DNA from: a virus
Virus record (IMG/VR): IMGVR_UViG_3300025940_000007
Coordinates: 12,702 to 76,701 of that record
DNA: 64,000 nt
Strand: one strand, 5' to 3'
The notes below the pieces were generated by a model. It saw only the letters and a program-made list of their open reading frames with translations. It was not told the origin of the DNA and did not search any database. The translations under genes were made by a program, and so were the position numbers. Shown here in pieces: positions 25,177 through 35,604 of this stretch (its first letter is position 1; each line of letters opens with the position of its first letter).

Positions 25177-26742
25177 TCACGCGACCATCTCCGCCGAGTC
25201 CTCGCTGATCAAGCGCTGTACCTCAAGAAGCATCTGGTTCGCCTCGTGCTTGATTTCAACTTCCTTTCGCCCGATCGGTCCCCAGTGCTGCCGCGCGTAG
25301 CGCAGCCCAACGCCAGTGACGAACGCGTGGAAAGCGGGAGAGTACTTGCTCAAGAATTGAAACTTCGCACCATCGCCTGATCCATAATTGCCGAGATCGT
25401 CTTTGTTCAACTTCACTCCATCCTGAAACGTGGTTAGGAAGCCATTCGGATTCGCCCAGTATTCCTGCAACAGCGGCGGGATCGCTGAGGAGAATGATCG
25501 GATATTCCAACTGGTCTGAAAGAGACTCGCTTCTGCAGTATCTGCCGTGACATTGCTCGCGCTCAGATCCCTCCCCTCACAATATCGACCAGATGATTCA
25601 CGCGCCCCGAGCCCGAGCAACAACACGAACAGATGCCGCAGCGTGTCGATGCCGTCCTCAGTGTTGGGCATGCCTGCGGCCATGAACTGTTCGCGAAGCC
25701 ACGACAGCGCATCTTGATCGGGGAGGTTCCTATCCGCTTGCGCTGCCGTGGTCGCGATGGGATGGCCAGCTAGCAGGCGCGTCGCCGCCAACCCAAAGCA
25801 TTGTGCAATTCCTGACGTGTAACCCAGCGGCAGCTTGCCGCGATCCTTCCACGAATACTTCGCGATCGCGCTCTTCTCCGCGATGTCGATGATGCGCCGC
25901 GCGACATCCTGCGATAGTCGATCGTTGCCGGAGGCCTTGGCGTGCTCCAGATAATCGAGCGCGGCCCACGTCTTTGGACCGACAATGCCGTCAGACGTCA
26001 CACCGTCCCCATAAGCCGATTGATAACCGCGCACCGCTGCGTCGGTGATCGGGCCGAAGTCTCCATCAGCCGGAAACACGCCAAGAAGATTCTGCACGTA
26101 GATCACGTGATCGCCCTTGTCGCCCATGCCGATCGTCGGGCGCCCGGGCTCTTCCTCGGGGATCGGCGCGATCGGCTGCATGATCACCGGCTCGTCCGGA
26201 TCGACCGGCGGCTCGGCGTCGATGCTCTTGCCAGCCAGCGCGGACGCGATCGCCGCACACACCGCGCTGAATTCCTCCTCGTAGGTCGCGGCATCGCACG
26301 AGCTATCCACGAACACCACCTCGACCAGCACGCTCGGCTTTGCGGTGTTCTTGAGGAAGAATAATTTTTCGTTGTACTTGGGACCGCGATTCGGCAGCGC
26401 TGTCGCTTTCGCAATGCCGTCCGCGATCTTCTTCGCGAGATCCTTCTGCGTGATGTACAAGCACTCCGTGCCCATCGGTGCGCTGGTGGTCGAGTAGGCG
26501 TTGAAGTGGATGCTCACATCGTGCGTTCGCGAGCACCCGTTGTGCCAATTTACGATGCGATTTAAATTCTCGTCCTGTGAGTGACTCCAGTCGTCGTGGT
26601 ACGTTTTCGTTTCGACGCCTGCGCCGCGCAGCAACATCGCGACCTCTTCGACCACGCGGCGGGCCTCATTCACTTCGTCCAAGTAGCCGCTGGCGCCCCG
26701 GACGTATTTGGAATGGCCCGAGCTCATTGCGATTGAAACCAT
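25177..26742 (-). CDS. endolysin: Amidase_3 + peptidoglycan-binding domain + lysozyme-like C-terminal domain
   Basis: SSGH...E, SIHFNA, LVEVVFVD; ADGDFGPITDAAVRGYQ...DGIVGPKTW; RESSG...LFQTSWN. Confidence 0.88.
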   Translation of the reverse strand: MVSIAMSSGHSKYVRGASGYLDEVNEARRVVEEVAMLLRGAGVETKTYHDDWSHSQDENLNRIVNWHNGCSRTHDVSIHFNAYSTTSAPMGTECLYITQKDLAKKIADGIAKATALPNRGPKYNEKLFFLKNTAKPSVLVEVVFVDSSCDAATYEEEFSAVCAAIASALAGKSIDAEPPVDPDEPVIMQPIAPIPEEEPGRPTIGMGDKGDHVIYVQNLLGVFPADGDFGPITDAAVRGYQSAYGDGVTSDGIVGPKTWAALDYLEHAKASGNDRLSQDVARRIIDIAEKSAIAKYSWKDRGKLPLGYTSGIAQCFGLAATRLLAGHPIATTAAQADRNLPDQDALSWLREQFMAAGMPNTEDGIDTLRHLFVLLLGLGARESSGRYCEGRDLSASNVTADTAEASLFQTSWNIRSFSSAIPPLLQEYWANPNGFLTTFQDGVKLNKDDLGNYGSGDGAKFQFLSKYSPAFHAFVTGVGLRYARQHWGPIGRKEVEIKHEANQMLLEVQRLISEDSAEMVA

Positions 26743-26751
26743 GACGCGCTC

Positions 26752-28323
26752 CTATCTTGAGATCGGCGGCGATGGCGGTCCTGCCCGCCTGATCGCTTCG
26801 AGCTCTTCTGCGGTGTAGGTCTGCTCGCCGGAGATCGGCGGCCTCACTACGCCACCGGGATCGTTTGGTGTGGGCTCCCACGACTCGCCGGGATCTTCGA
26901 CCGGCGGCGCCGCCTCCGCCGGAGGCTCCCACGATTCGCCCGGGTCAATCACGATCGGCGTGAACGGTGGCGTCAGTGCGTCCGGATCATCGCCGGGTTG
27001 CCACGACTCGCCCGGGTCGCTCTCATCGGGGAAGACCGGCGTCAGCGAATCCGGATCGTTGGTCGGGTCCGCGTCGCGCTTCGCTTTCTCTTCCGCCGTA
27101 TCACCGTCCTGCACCCAGTCGATCCCGGCGCCAGTGCCCTTCGGGTTTCGCACGTTGACGCGCGTCGTGAAGCCGACACCGCGTGTATAATTGTGCTCGA
27201 CCTCGGTCATCGTATAGGTGCCGTCGATGCCGGGCCGCGCCCCGTCGATGAAGAGAAAGCCGTTGGCCTTGGCGTCCGGCTCGCCGTTGAGCAGCACCCA
27301 GCCCTCGCCGCGCCGTCCCTTGGTGTCGGCGCCAGTGCCAGCATTGTTCTGTTCGCCGGTCGCCTTGTCGGTCACCGAGTTGAGGGTATTGGCGACCGCT
27401 TGCGTACCGCCGAACGGCGTGCCGCCGGAGATCGCGCCCTTGATCGTCGTCCACTCGCCCTTGTGGGCGTCGAACATCCTCGACGCCGCCGAGCCATACT
27501 GCGGGCGCCCGACCATCGGCTTGATCCGCCAGCCGATCAGGTTCACGCCCCAGATCGCTTCCACCGTCGGCATCTTCTCGCCAGCGGCGTTGACGCCCTC
27601 GATCTTGCCGATCAGCACCGCCGTGCTCTTCGAGATCTTGAAGATGCCGCCGACCTCCTGCGCCATGCGCTTGCCGAAATTCATCGGGCTGTCGTTGATA
27701 TGCCAATAGTCGCGCGTGATCTTCTCCATCTCCGGCGACATCGCCACCGACAATCCGGCGGCGCCGAACACTTTCGTCATCATGTCCTTGAGCGGGATCT
27801 TGCCCTTGCCAGCCTCCGCGCTGTCGTCCTCTTTGCCTTCTCCCATAGAATCTTGCTGCGTCTCTTTGACCTTGCCTTTGCTGTTGGCGCCCTCGCCATC
27901 AATCCACAGCCGCCGCCCGCCGCCTCGGCGACCGAACCCGGACTCGACCTTGACCACCCAGCCATCGAACACGATCACCATCCCCGGGCCGCCGAACTTC
28001 GCCTCCTGCTTTTTCTGTTCGTCGGTCATCTCCAGAAAATTCTTCGGGATGTTCTTGAAGCCCGCCGAGCCGCGCCCGGAATCGAACAGGCGCGGACCTT
28101 CGCCCGCCCAGCCCAGTGCGACCATAAGCTCGGCGCCATCCGGCGGGATCTGGAGCTCGGCGTTGCGATCGTCCAACTCGATGTGGCATTCGTCCATGCC
28201 GCCTTCGAGGTTGTCGATCGTCTGCACCGATATCAAATACGGGTGCAGCCGTGTCGAGATGTCATCACCGTTGACCAGTATCTGGCACACCGCGTGCCGT
28301 CGCGGACCCTGATGTTCAACCAT
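26752..28323 (-). CDS. P2 gpD-like late control/baseplate hub protein with Pro/acidic C-terminal tail
   Basis: DIST.L...LIS...D..E...D...IELDD, LGW; GARPGIDGTY....VEH; position after gpX. Confidence 0.8.
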   Translation of the reverse strand: MVEHQGPRRHAVCQILVNGDDISTRLHPYLISVQTIDNLEGGMDECHIELDDRNAELQIPPDGAELMVALGWAGEGPRLFDSGRGSAGFKNIPKNFLEMTDEQKKQEAKFGGPGMVIVFDGWVVKVESGFGRRGGGRRLWIDGEGANSKGKVKETQQDSMGEGKEDDSAEAGKGKIPLKDMMTKVFGAAGLSVAMSPEMEKITRDYWHINDSPMNFGKRMAQEVGGIFKISKSTAVLIGKIEGVNAAGEKMPTVEAIWGVNLIGWRIKPMVGRPQYGSAASRMFDAHKGEWTTIKGAISGGTPFGGTQAVANTLNSVTDKATGEQNNAGTGADTKGRRGEGWVLLNGEPDAKANGFLFIDGARPGIDGTYTMTEVEHNYTRGVGFTTRVNVRNPKGTGAGIDWVQDGDTAEEKAKRDADPTNDPDSLTPVFPDESDPGESWQPGDDPDALTPPFTPIVIDPGESWEPPAEAAPPVEDPGESWEPTPNDPGGVVRPPISGEQTYTAEELEAIRRAGPPSPPISR

Positions 28324-28612
28324 TTTCTCCGGCGCCCTGTGTCATGTTGCCCTCGGGTGTCTTGCCCCAAAGGACAACGGTGTTCTTTCGTTGCGGGACT
28401 CCACTCAGGATTTCGTAGTCGATCGGGATGCGCACTTGGGTGCCGACCGGTAGAAACGGCGAGTAACGATGAAGTTTCGCGAGGTGCGGATTGTCATCGA
28501 GCAGACGCTCGATCATCAGCGGCGCGCGGTTGCGATAGCGCCGCCACAGGATGGTGTCGGCGGTGATGTAGTCCGAGCCGACCGTGACGAGATCGTAAGA
28601 GACAACGTTCAT
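28316..28612 (-). CDS. P2 gpX-like tail protein
   Basis: D.ILWRRY......E.LLD.NP.LA.....LP.GT.V.IP. Confidence 0.85.
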   Translation of the reverse strand: MNVVSYDLVTVGSDYITADTILWRRYRNRAPLMIERLLDDNPHLAKLHRYSPFLPVGTQVRIPIDYEILSGVPQRKNTVVLWGKTPEGNMTQGAGENG

Positions 28613-29160
28613 GCGACATCCGCCTTGTACATCTGCACGGTGTTCGATGCTGCGTCGTTCGGGATCGGCACGCGCGTGAACTGCGCCTCGAACTCGATCT
28701 GCTGACCGATGCCGTCCTGCGCGAGAAACGTGTGGCCGCGATGCAGCGTTTCGATAACGTACCAGCCGTAGTGCCAGCCATCGCCGCGCATCAGAATGTG
28801 TGTCTGGCCGAGGCGCCGCATGTTGTCGAGCACATCGAGATGATAGAGGCCGCCGGAAGATGTCTCCTTGCCGACATGTTCCTGCAGCAAGCCGGTGTCG
28901 TTATCGAGCGTCGCCTTCGGGCCGTCGGTCTGCTGGCCGATGCCACGCGCCCGCGACTTGCGCGCGAAGAAGTGCGGGAAGATCTTGCCCTTCAGCGTGA
29001 TCTGCTCGTCGCTCTCACCGACCCATTCGCGGTACATCGCGGCGCCAGCGATTTCCTTCTTGGCCCAGTCGGCGCCCGTGTGGTGGGCGTAGTTATCCAC
29101 ATTCATCGGGAAAACTTGGAATTGAATCGGTCCCCACTGAAACATGACCCAGTTTGCCAT
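28609..29160 (-). CDS. P2 gpU-like tail protein
   Basis: MFQWG...F, WA..EIAG, ITLKG..FP, LMRGDG..YGWYVI. Confidence 0.85.
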   Translation of the reverse strand: MANWVMFQWGPIQFQVFPMNVDNYAHHTGADWAKKEIAGAAMYREWVGESDEQITLKGKIFPHFFARKSRARGIGQQTDGPKATLDNDTGLLQEHVGKETSSGGLYHLDVLDNMRRLGQTHILMRGDGWHYGWYVIETLHRGHTFLAQDGIGQQIEFEAQFTRVPIPNDAASNTVQMYKADVA

Positions 29161-29364
29161 TTAGCTCTCCAAAAAATCGTCCCACTCATGCGCCGGTCCG
29201 ACGATGGCTTTCCACGGTCGCTTGGTTGTCATCTGGTCGTGATCGCCGCCGCCGCTCTGCGCCTTGATGCGCTCGCACTCGTGCCGCTCACCGCGAAAGA
29301 ATTCGGTGACCAAGATCGCGTTGTCCGGAAACTCGATGGTGTAGGTGACGACCCATTCCGTCAT
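29161..29364 (-). CDS. hypothetical protein
   Basis: Coupled to the end of the tape measure gene. Confidence 0.5.
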   Translation of the reverse strand: MTEWVVTYTIEFPDNAILVTEFFRGERHECERIKAQSGGGDHDQMTTKRPWKAIVGPAHEWDDFLES

Positions 29365-32300
29365 GCAGCCCCGATGTCGGAGTAACTTGTCGCCCGTGCC
29401 TCGCGCACTTCGCGATCGGCTGATCGTCGCATCGATGAGCGCGCGAATTGTACCTCGTTGTCGTTGACCTTGAGATTGACGCGCTGCGTCACGTCGCGAT
29501 CTACAGGCGCCGCTGTTTCCGCTGGCTTTGGCTGCGCTTGACCCTCGATAGGCTTCGATTGTAGCGCTCCTTCGCCCTTCGGCTCATCGGCTGTGGCGGT
29601 TGCCGCCGCTGGTGCCGCCTGCGGTCGATTGGCATGATAGCGCTTCATGCCCTCCGGCGTCAGTTGCGTATGCACGTGCTTGGCGGTGGCCCATGCAGAC
29701 GGCCTGCGCACCTCATCGAGGATCTTGTAGTCCTGACCCTCGACCAGACCGCGCGACGCCATCTGCGCGCGGATCTTGGCCATCGCCGCATCGGCTTGTC
29801 TCTCAGTCTTGGCGCGGACGTCGAACGCCAGCGCGCGCGAATGCGAGGAGTGCGGATTGGCTATCGAAAGTTTGTGGTGCGGGCTGCGATAGCCAGACGT
29901 TACCGTCAGGCCAGCCCCTGACATATCGCCTGTCAGCGCATCGAGATTGCCCTTCGGCGTGCCGTCGCTGTTGAGCAACTGCCCCGTGGTCTCGGCTGGA
30001 CGCGGCACACGGGCGCCTGTCGCGACAGTTGATTCGCCTCCCGGCTGCACAGTGACTGGACCGGAGACCTGTGCTTTACCTCGCTGTGCGTTAACCCACC
30101 TTTCAGTGCCCGGTTGAATACCAAACATATTGCCGCCGACTTTGGTCATCTTGTTCGGGTCATAGTTCGGGTCGCCGACCGTTCCTTGATCGGTGAGGTA
30201 ATTGATTCTGTTAGACCCTCCCGAGAACACTTCCTTGTAGGCCTTGTCCCACAACTTTTGTTTCTCTGGAGTCCATGCGCTGTTGTACGCATCACGTTCA
30301 TGCTTCATCAATGGCCCTGAACCGGGATCACCGTGTAAACGCTTGAGCGGACCATAGAACTGACGCTTGCCTCTAGCATTCACAACCTGTTCTAGGGTCA
30401 AATTTCTGGACGCTGCGTAGTTCGACATTTGCTCCAAGTTGGCAGCTATGTTGCCGCCGCCTTCAGCCTGAAGCGTGCGGAAGATCTTCTGTTGGTTCTT
30501 GGGATCTTTCATCCATTCGGCATTGGATTGTTGAATGCGCGTCTTCATCACGTCTTCGTTGACGCGCTTACCTTGGTAGTCTCCTGCTGCCGTTCCGCCC
30601 GCCGTTGCCGCTGGCGCTGCTGTCTCATCGGAATCGGAAGACGACGTGCGCCCGCTGCTCGTGCGACCGCTGGTGCGTGGGATCAGACCTTGGTTGCCGT
30701 AGGACGTGCCACCGCCATAACCCTGCGGTCCACCCGGAGAGAATTGCGAGTAGCCGCCGCCAGACGCAGCACCGCCGCCGCCACCGAACGATGCGTTGTG
30801 GATGTTGCTGCGGAAGTCCGCAGGCAGATACAGCGAGTCAGAACTGCCACCATACGAGCTTCGCTGAGCGGGACCGGGAAGTTGTCCGGTGCCACGCGGG
30901 CCGAACTGAAGCGGATCACCGGGCTTCCAACCGGGAGGCACACCACCGGGTGGCGGGACATCCTCGCTCTTCTTTATCGCCTCATCGAGCGCCTTCTTCT
31001 GATCCTCCACAGCCTGCTGACCGGTCAGTCCACCCTCTGTGGCTTGGCCAAGCTGGTTGTTCATCAGCGGCGCGAGCGGATGGAAACCGTGCGGGCCAAC
31101 AAACGACAAAGCCGCCTTCTTGTATTCTCCCTTGTTGAGAAGATCGATCAGTTCTCCGATCCACTTCACGACACTGCCGAGCCGCTGCAATTCCTTGGTG
31201 ACCATCGCAATGATGTTCGGCACGCCCATTGTCACCATCAGGCGACCGAATTCGTCAGCGAGCAAACCGATCGATGCCGACAACGAGTCAACACCGCCGC
31301 CGGTCGCCTGCATCACCTTGGTGCCGTCGATCACCGCCTGCTGTCCATTGCCGAGATCTCGGATCAACTGGATTTTCTTGGCGATCTGGCCGTTGTTTTC
31401 TTCCTCCAGTTTCTTCAGGAGCAGGCGCTGCTTCACATCGATGTTGCGATAGAAGGCTTCCTTCTCGTGCAGCGGCATCGCCTTGATCAGGTTGACGATG
31501 TAGGCCTGTTGATCGCCGCCCTGCTTCTTGATGTTGTCGAGTTGCTCGGCCCAAATTTTATTCGGGATGCCCATCGCCTGCCCGAGATTGCTGGCTTGGC
31601 CGAACGTCTGCATCAACAGCCGGGCGCCGCGCGAGGTGTCGCCCATGATGTCGGTGGCGATACCGAGTTGAACACCCAGCCGCGCGATGCCGTCGGTGCC
31701 CTTGTAGCCAGCGTCCTGCGCCATCTGGCCGAGCTCGCCGCTGGTGCCGACCAGATCCTTCATGTCGATGTTGGTCTCGCGAACGATGCCCGCGAGCATT
31801 TCCATTGTCTCGTTGAACTGGGTCGCCGGGATATTCATGTTGCGCATGAAATCCGTGGTGACCTTCGCCAGATCTCCGGAGGTGGTGTTTCGCAGCCCCT
31901 TGGCGACGACCGCCAGCCGGGGGAATCTCCTGATCGCCTCATCCAGCGTGATGTTCAATCCGGTGCGGAGCTTGTCGGCGGATTCGAGCGCTTCATCGAA
32001 ATGGGTCCCGGTGACTTGCGCCGCCTTTCGCAGCGCCGCCTCGGACTCTCCAAGCGCCTCCTTGGTCGCCTTGGTCGCGTTCCCCAACTGAATCATCTTC
32101 CGCTCGCTCTCGGCAAAACCGAGGTACGAGCGGCGCGCGGCCTCGGCGGCGCCGATTAGCGACAGATGGCTCTTCAATACGCCTTGGATGGCGTTGTTGA
32201 CCTTCTGCGCCGCCGTGACTTGCTTGTTGGCGCCTTCTTCTGCGCCCTTGCCAGCATTCCTTGCAGCCGCCGCTGCATCATCGAGTGCCTTCCTGTGCTT

Positions 32301-32501
32301 GAGGACGTTCTCCAGTTGCTCTTGGTACGTCATATGGTTCGAGCGACGCGTGGCCTCCATCGCGCGCTTGGTGCTCTCGTTGATCTGCAGAATCTTCTCA
32401 AGCGACTTGATGTAGTCGTCGGCGTTCTTCTTCGCCGACTTGTACATCGCACCGGTTTTGTCTTCACCGGTAAGTGTAATTTTGCTTTCTTGATCGGCCA
32501 T
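29361..32501 (-). CDS. tail tape measure protein with C-terminal cell-wall hydrolase-like segments
   Basis: 1046 aa, helical Ala-rich N-terminus, position after the chaperone; VTSGYR...SSH..ALAFD...HVH (M15-like). Confidence 0.85.
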   Translation of the reverse strand: MADQESKITLTGEDKTGAMYKSAKKNADDYIKSLEKILQINESTKRAMEATRRSNHMTYQEQLENVLKHRKALDDAAAAARNAGKGAEEGANKQVTAAQKVNNAIQGVLKSHLSLIGAAEAARRSYLGFAESERKMIQLGNATKATKEALGESEAALRKAAQVTGTHFDEALESADKLRTGLNITLDEAIRRFPRLAVVAKGLRNTTSGDLAKVTTDFMRNMNIPATQFNETMEMLAGIVRETNIDMKDLVGTSGELGQMAQDAGYKGTDGIARLGVQLGIATDIMGDTSRGARLLMQTFGQASNLGQAMGIPNKIWAEQLDNIKKQGGDQQAYIVNLIKAMPLHEKEAFYRNIDVKQRLLLKKLEEENNGQIAKKIQLIRDLGNGQQAVIDGTKVMQATGGGVDSLSASIGLLADEFGRLMVTMGVPNIIAMVTKELQRLGSVVKWIGELIDLLNKGEYKKAALSFVGPHGFHPLAPLMNNQLGQATEGGLTGQQAVEDQKKALDEAIKKSEDVPPPGGVPPGWKPGDPLQFGPRGTGQLPGPAQRSSYGGSSDSLYLPADFRSNIHNASFGGGGGAASGGGYSQFSPGGPQGYGGGTSYGNQGLIPRTSGRTSSGRTSSSDSDETAAPAATAGGTAAGDYQGKRVNEDVMKTRIQQSNAEWMKDPKNQQKIFRTLQAEGGGNIAANLEQMSNYAASRNLTLEQVVNARGKRQFYGPLKRLHGDPGSGPLMKHERDAYNSAWTPEKQKLWDKAYKEVFSGGSNRINYLTDQGTVGDPNYDPNKMTKVGGNMFGIQPGTERWVNAQRGKAQVSGPVTVQPGGESTVATGARVPRPAETTGQLLNSDGTPKGNLDALTGDMSGAGLTVTSGYRSPHHKLSIANPHSSHSRALAFDVRAKTERQADAAMAKIRAQMASRGLVEGQDYKILDEVRRPSAWATAKHVHTQLTPEGMKRYHANRPQAAPAAATATADEPKGEGALQSKPIEGQAQPKPAETAAPVDRDVTQRVNLKVNDNEVQFARSSMRRSADREVREARATSYSDIGAA

Positions 32502-32511
32502 CAGATCGACC

Positions 32512-32943
32512 TCACGGCTCTTCGCTCATGTCGAAACCGGCCTCGGGCAATGGATCGCCCGGCCCATGCATTGCCGTGAAGTCGGGATCAGGGGCGCCGC
32601 TGCCGTTGGTGGTGCGCGGTGCCTCCTCCGTTGCGATCTCTTCAATCTTCAACGGAATGCGGCCATTGAGGACGTCGTCGCGAATCTCGGGAGTCAGCAT
32701 CTGCATGAAAGTATCCAGCACCCGATCCGCGTCCGGGTAGCGCAGATCGCGGATGATGGCTTCCTCGATGCCGGACAACTCCACCAGTAGTTCGATGGAC
32801 GTCTTCCACGCGCCCTCATTCCATCGCAGCACGTGACCGAGGCGAAGCGGCCCAATCGATATCGCCTCGATCTTCTGTTTGTTGAACTCGAACGGGATGA
32901 ACAGTTGAACAGTTCGCCCGCCGGTCTTGTCGAGAGTGATCAT
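32512..32943 (-). CDS. tail assembly chaperone
   Basis: Between tube and tape measure; L..PFEF, LSG......L.YPD.DR. Confidence 0.7.
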   Translation of the reverse strand: MITLDKTGGRTVQLFIPFEFNKQKIEAISIGPLRLGHVLRWNEGAWKTSIELLVELSGIEEAIIRDLRYPDADRVLDTFMQMLTPEIRDDVLNGRIPLKIEEIATEEAPRTTNGSGAPDPDFTAMHGPGDPLPEAGFDMSEEP

Positions 32944-33112
32944 GCGTGTCCCTAATGGTGAAACCAGATGGTGATGACGTTCTCACCCTTATCGACGCGC
33001 TGATCAATGAACTCGACGTCTTCGTGGCCGCCAGCACCGTCGGTGTCGGCGACCACCACACGCTTGTTCGGATCGTGCTTCTGGAGCTCTTTGACGAGTT
33101 CTGCGACCGTCA

Positions 33113-33760
33113 TTAGCTAACGATCCCGCCAGCCTGCGCAGGCGTGCTAGGACCGGTCTGCGGCTTGTCAACCGAAGCCGTCGGAATGCGAAGCAGATTG
33201 ATCATCTCCGCATTGAGATCGTTGCCACCGATGCGCCGCTTCGAAGTGAAGAAGTCCCAGTGATAGATCTCGAATGGCGTCTGGCCATTCTCGGTCAGTT
33301 GCATGGTCAGCTTGTAGGAGACGATCGACTTGATCGAATACTCGTGCGACATCAGGTTGCCTTTGGAGAAGGCAGTCGGGTTGACGCGACCGAGCCTGCC
33401 CTCGATCACCGCCATCGCCTGCAACGCCTTGCTGGTCCGACGATCGCGGATCAAACCGTAGGCGGTGAAGCGCTGGTAGTAGGGATCGTTCTGCCCGATG
33501 TACGCCATCAGCACAGGGTCCCAGCCCGCCAGATTGAACGTCGCTTCGAGCTTGTTCATGTGCGTCGGCACTTCGATGGCGATCGGGGCGCCGCCGGGTG
33601 CGTGATCGACATAGTTCTCTTCCATCGCAGGGAGCTTCAACTCCTGCAGAACGAGATGCGTCGAGATGCCGGGAGCACCGGCAGAGCCCGGGGCTGTGGG
33701 TCGCGTGTCGCCGCAAATCAAGTTGGCGCTTTCCATCACGTAGATCGTTGCGTTAGCCAT
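33113..33760 (-). CDS. major tail tube protein (P2 FII-like)
   Basis: ELKLP.....DHAPGG, KLEATF.LAG, IEGRLG, EIY.WDFF. Confidence 0.85.
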   Translation of the reverse strand: MANATIYVMESANLICGDTRPTAPGSAGAPGISTHLVLQELKLPAMEENYVDHAPGGAPIAIEVPTHMNKLEATFNLAGWDPVLMAYIGQNDPYYQRFTAYGLIRDRRTSKALQAMAVIEGRLGRVNPTAFSKGNLMSHEYSIKSIVSYKLTMQLTENGQTPFEIYHWDFFTSKRRIGGNDLNAEMINLLRIPTASVDKPQTGPSTPAQAGGIVS

Positions 33761-33817
33761 AGACGATTCCTTTCCAAAGGAGTGAGTGGCGGGCAGATGG
33801 TGCTGCCCGCCCGACGG

Positions 33818-35578
33818 TTACGACGCGAGATTGAGTTGCGTGGCGAGATCGGAAACCATCGCATCGATCGCCTCACGGTAACGCGAAGACTCGATGGTGA
33901 TGTGCTTGAGGACCGGCGGCTCTTCGGCGCGGAAGCCCACGGTCAGATGCCCGAGCCGGATTTGCTCTGGCGAATTTCCCTCGGTCCTGAAGTTCACATC
34001 GTAGCCGAGGATGTGCTGATCGGCTTCCAGATCGCGAAGGAAGAATTCCATCGTGTTGAGGATCGCCTGCACGGTGTGGCCGATGATGTTGAAGCGACCG
34101 AGGAAGAAGCGCAGCGCGCGCAGCATTCCCAGATGGATGTAGTCGCGACCTCTCATCACGTTGTACATCTGCCACAACGGGTCTTCGCCCGCATTGTCGG
34201 TCGAGATCAGCACGAAGCCGCCCGACGCGATCGCGAAATCGTCGCCCACCTCACCACGAATCAGCACGCCGATGTTCGCACCCAGCAACTCCTGCGCTTC
34301 GTTCGCGCTGTCGGTGAGATTGAAGCCGATCTCACGGTTCGGGCTGATGATGCCCTGCACCGCTTGGTTCGCCGCCGAGTGGAACGGGGCGCCGGTCTCG
34401 TGGTCGCGCCGCACCATGATTCCCGCCATGCGTGGCGCCAGCGGCCTGATCACGATATAGCTCGTGATCGGGTCCATCACGCGACAGCCGCCGCTGATCG
34501 GAATCAGGCGATGGCTCTGCATCGTCTCGCGCCAGTCTATATCGTTTTGAAACGACGCGCCCGAGCTCTCCACGATCATCATGCCGAGCAACTGGTTGCA
34601 GATCGACGTTGCTCCGGCGACAACCGGGTTGGCGCCAGCAACGATCGTCGCAGTGTACGCTGCGGTCGTGCCGGTTTCCTGCCACACGATGTCGAACGTC
34701 GCACCCGTGCCGCTGCCGCTGGTCTGGATCGCTACCAGTGGTTCATCCGGTGGCACCTCAGTGCCGACGATAAAGCCCGGCGTGGAGACGTTCGCCGTCA
34801 ACACCTCACCGCCGGGACCGACCGTCACCACGGTGACGATCACCTGATGCTCAAGAACGACTTGCTCACCGACGCCGTAGCCGATGCCGCCAGATTCCAC
34901 CGTCGCCGATTGAGCCTGATTGCCCGGGGGAGGCACATCGATGGTCGGCGGCGTGTCGTACCACGCACCCGGCAGTTCGAGCTCGACCGCGCCAAGTTGA
35001 CCGTTGCTCAGACCATAAGCGTGGCCAGTCGCCTGTACCGCGTCAGGACCACCGCCGGAGAACGTCACCGGATACATGTGATCGGTGACATAGCCCGAAC
35101 CGGGCGCCGTGCGCTCGATATAGCCGACACCGTTGGCCATCTGCGAGGTGTAGCCCGGCGCCGTGAGGATGCGCGGCGTGAAGCCGAGCTTCTGCGACGC
35201 CTTGAGGAACGCCCACATGCCGGTGCCCGCGAGACTGTCGCCAGCGATCTTCGAGATCGTTTGCTGCAGCTTGATCGCCGGATCTGGATCGGTGCCTTCG
35301 GGCGTGCGCACGATGACGATGCGCGCAGCGAACTGCGTCTCTCCCAACTGATCGTTGATGCCGCGAACCGCATCCGCGAGATAGCCGAGATCGCCGAGCT
35401 TCTGCGTCTTCCGGCTGTCGTTCGAGTTGATGAACACCGGAGTGTCGTACGGAAACACCGACGCATCGGCGAGCGGCGCCGGGCCAACGATGCCGATGGT
35501 CGAAAGGTCAGCGGCCAGTACCGGACGCGCGCCTTCGTCTACTTTTCGAATTGAAATACCAAAGACCGGATCAGCCAT
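33818..35578 (-). CDS. contractile tail sheath protein (P2 FI-like)
   Basis: STIGIVG.AP.AD...FP, PRILTAPG, PFHSAANQ, N.PEQIRLG.L; GGAG RBS before MADPVFG. Confidence 0.92.
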   Translation of the reverse strand: MADPVFGISIRKVDEGARPVLAADLSTIGIVGPAPLADASVFPYDTPVFINSNDSRKTQKLGDLGYLADAVRGINDQLGETQFAARIVIVRTPEGTDPDPAIKLQQTISKIAGDSLAGTGMWAFLKASQKLGFTPRILTAPGYTSQMANGVGYIERTAPGSGYVTDHMYPVTFSGGGPDAVQATGHAYGLSNGQLGAVELELPGAWYDTPPTIDVPPPGNQAQSATVESGGIGYGVGEQVVLEHQVIVTVVTVGPGGEVLTANVSTPGFIVGTEVPPDEPLVAIQTSGSGTGATFDIVWQETGTTAAYTATIVAGANPVVAGATSICNQLLGMMIVESSGASFQNDIDWRETMQSHRLIPISGGCRVMDPITSYIVIRPLAPRMAGIMVRRDHETGAPFHSAANQAVQGIISPNREIGFNLTDSANEAQELLGANIGVLIRGEVGDDFAIASGGFVLISTDNAGEDPLWQMYNVMRGRDYIHLGMLRALRFFLGRFNIIGHTVQAILNTMEFFLRDLEADQHILGYDVNFRTEGNSPEQIRLGHLTVGFRAEEPPVLKHITIESSRYREAIDAMVSDLATQLNLAS

Positions 35579-35604
35579 TCTGATTTCTCCTGTTAAAGAT
35601 GTGG

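Noticed and set aside
32502-32943. Programmed frameshift in the tail chaperone (G/GT type)
   Set aside because: No room for a second ORF before the tape measure start, and no slippery site that I could support
26998-35554. Long + strand ORFs opposite structural genes (26998-28566, 30429-32159, 33260-35554)
   Set aside because: Antisense shadows of high-GC genes with no recognisable motifs
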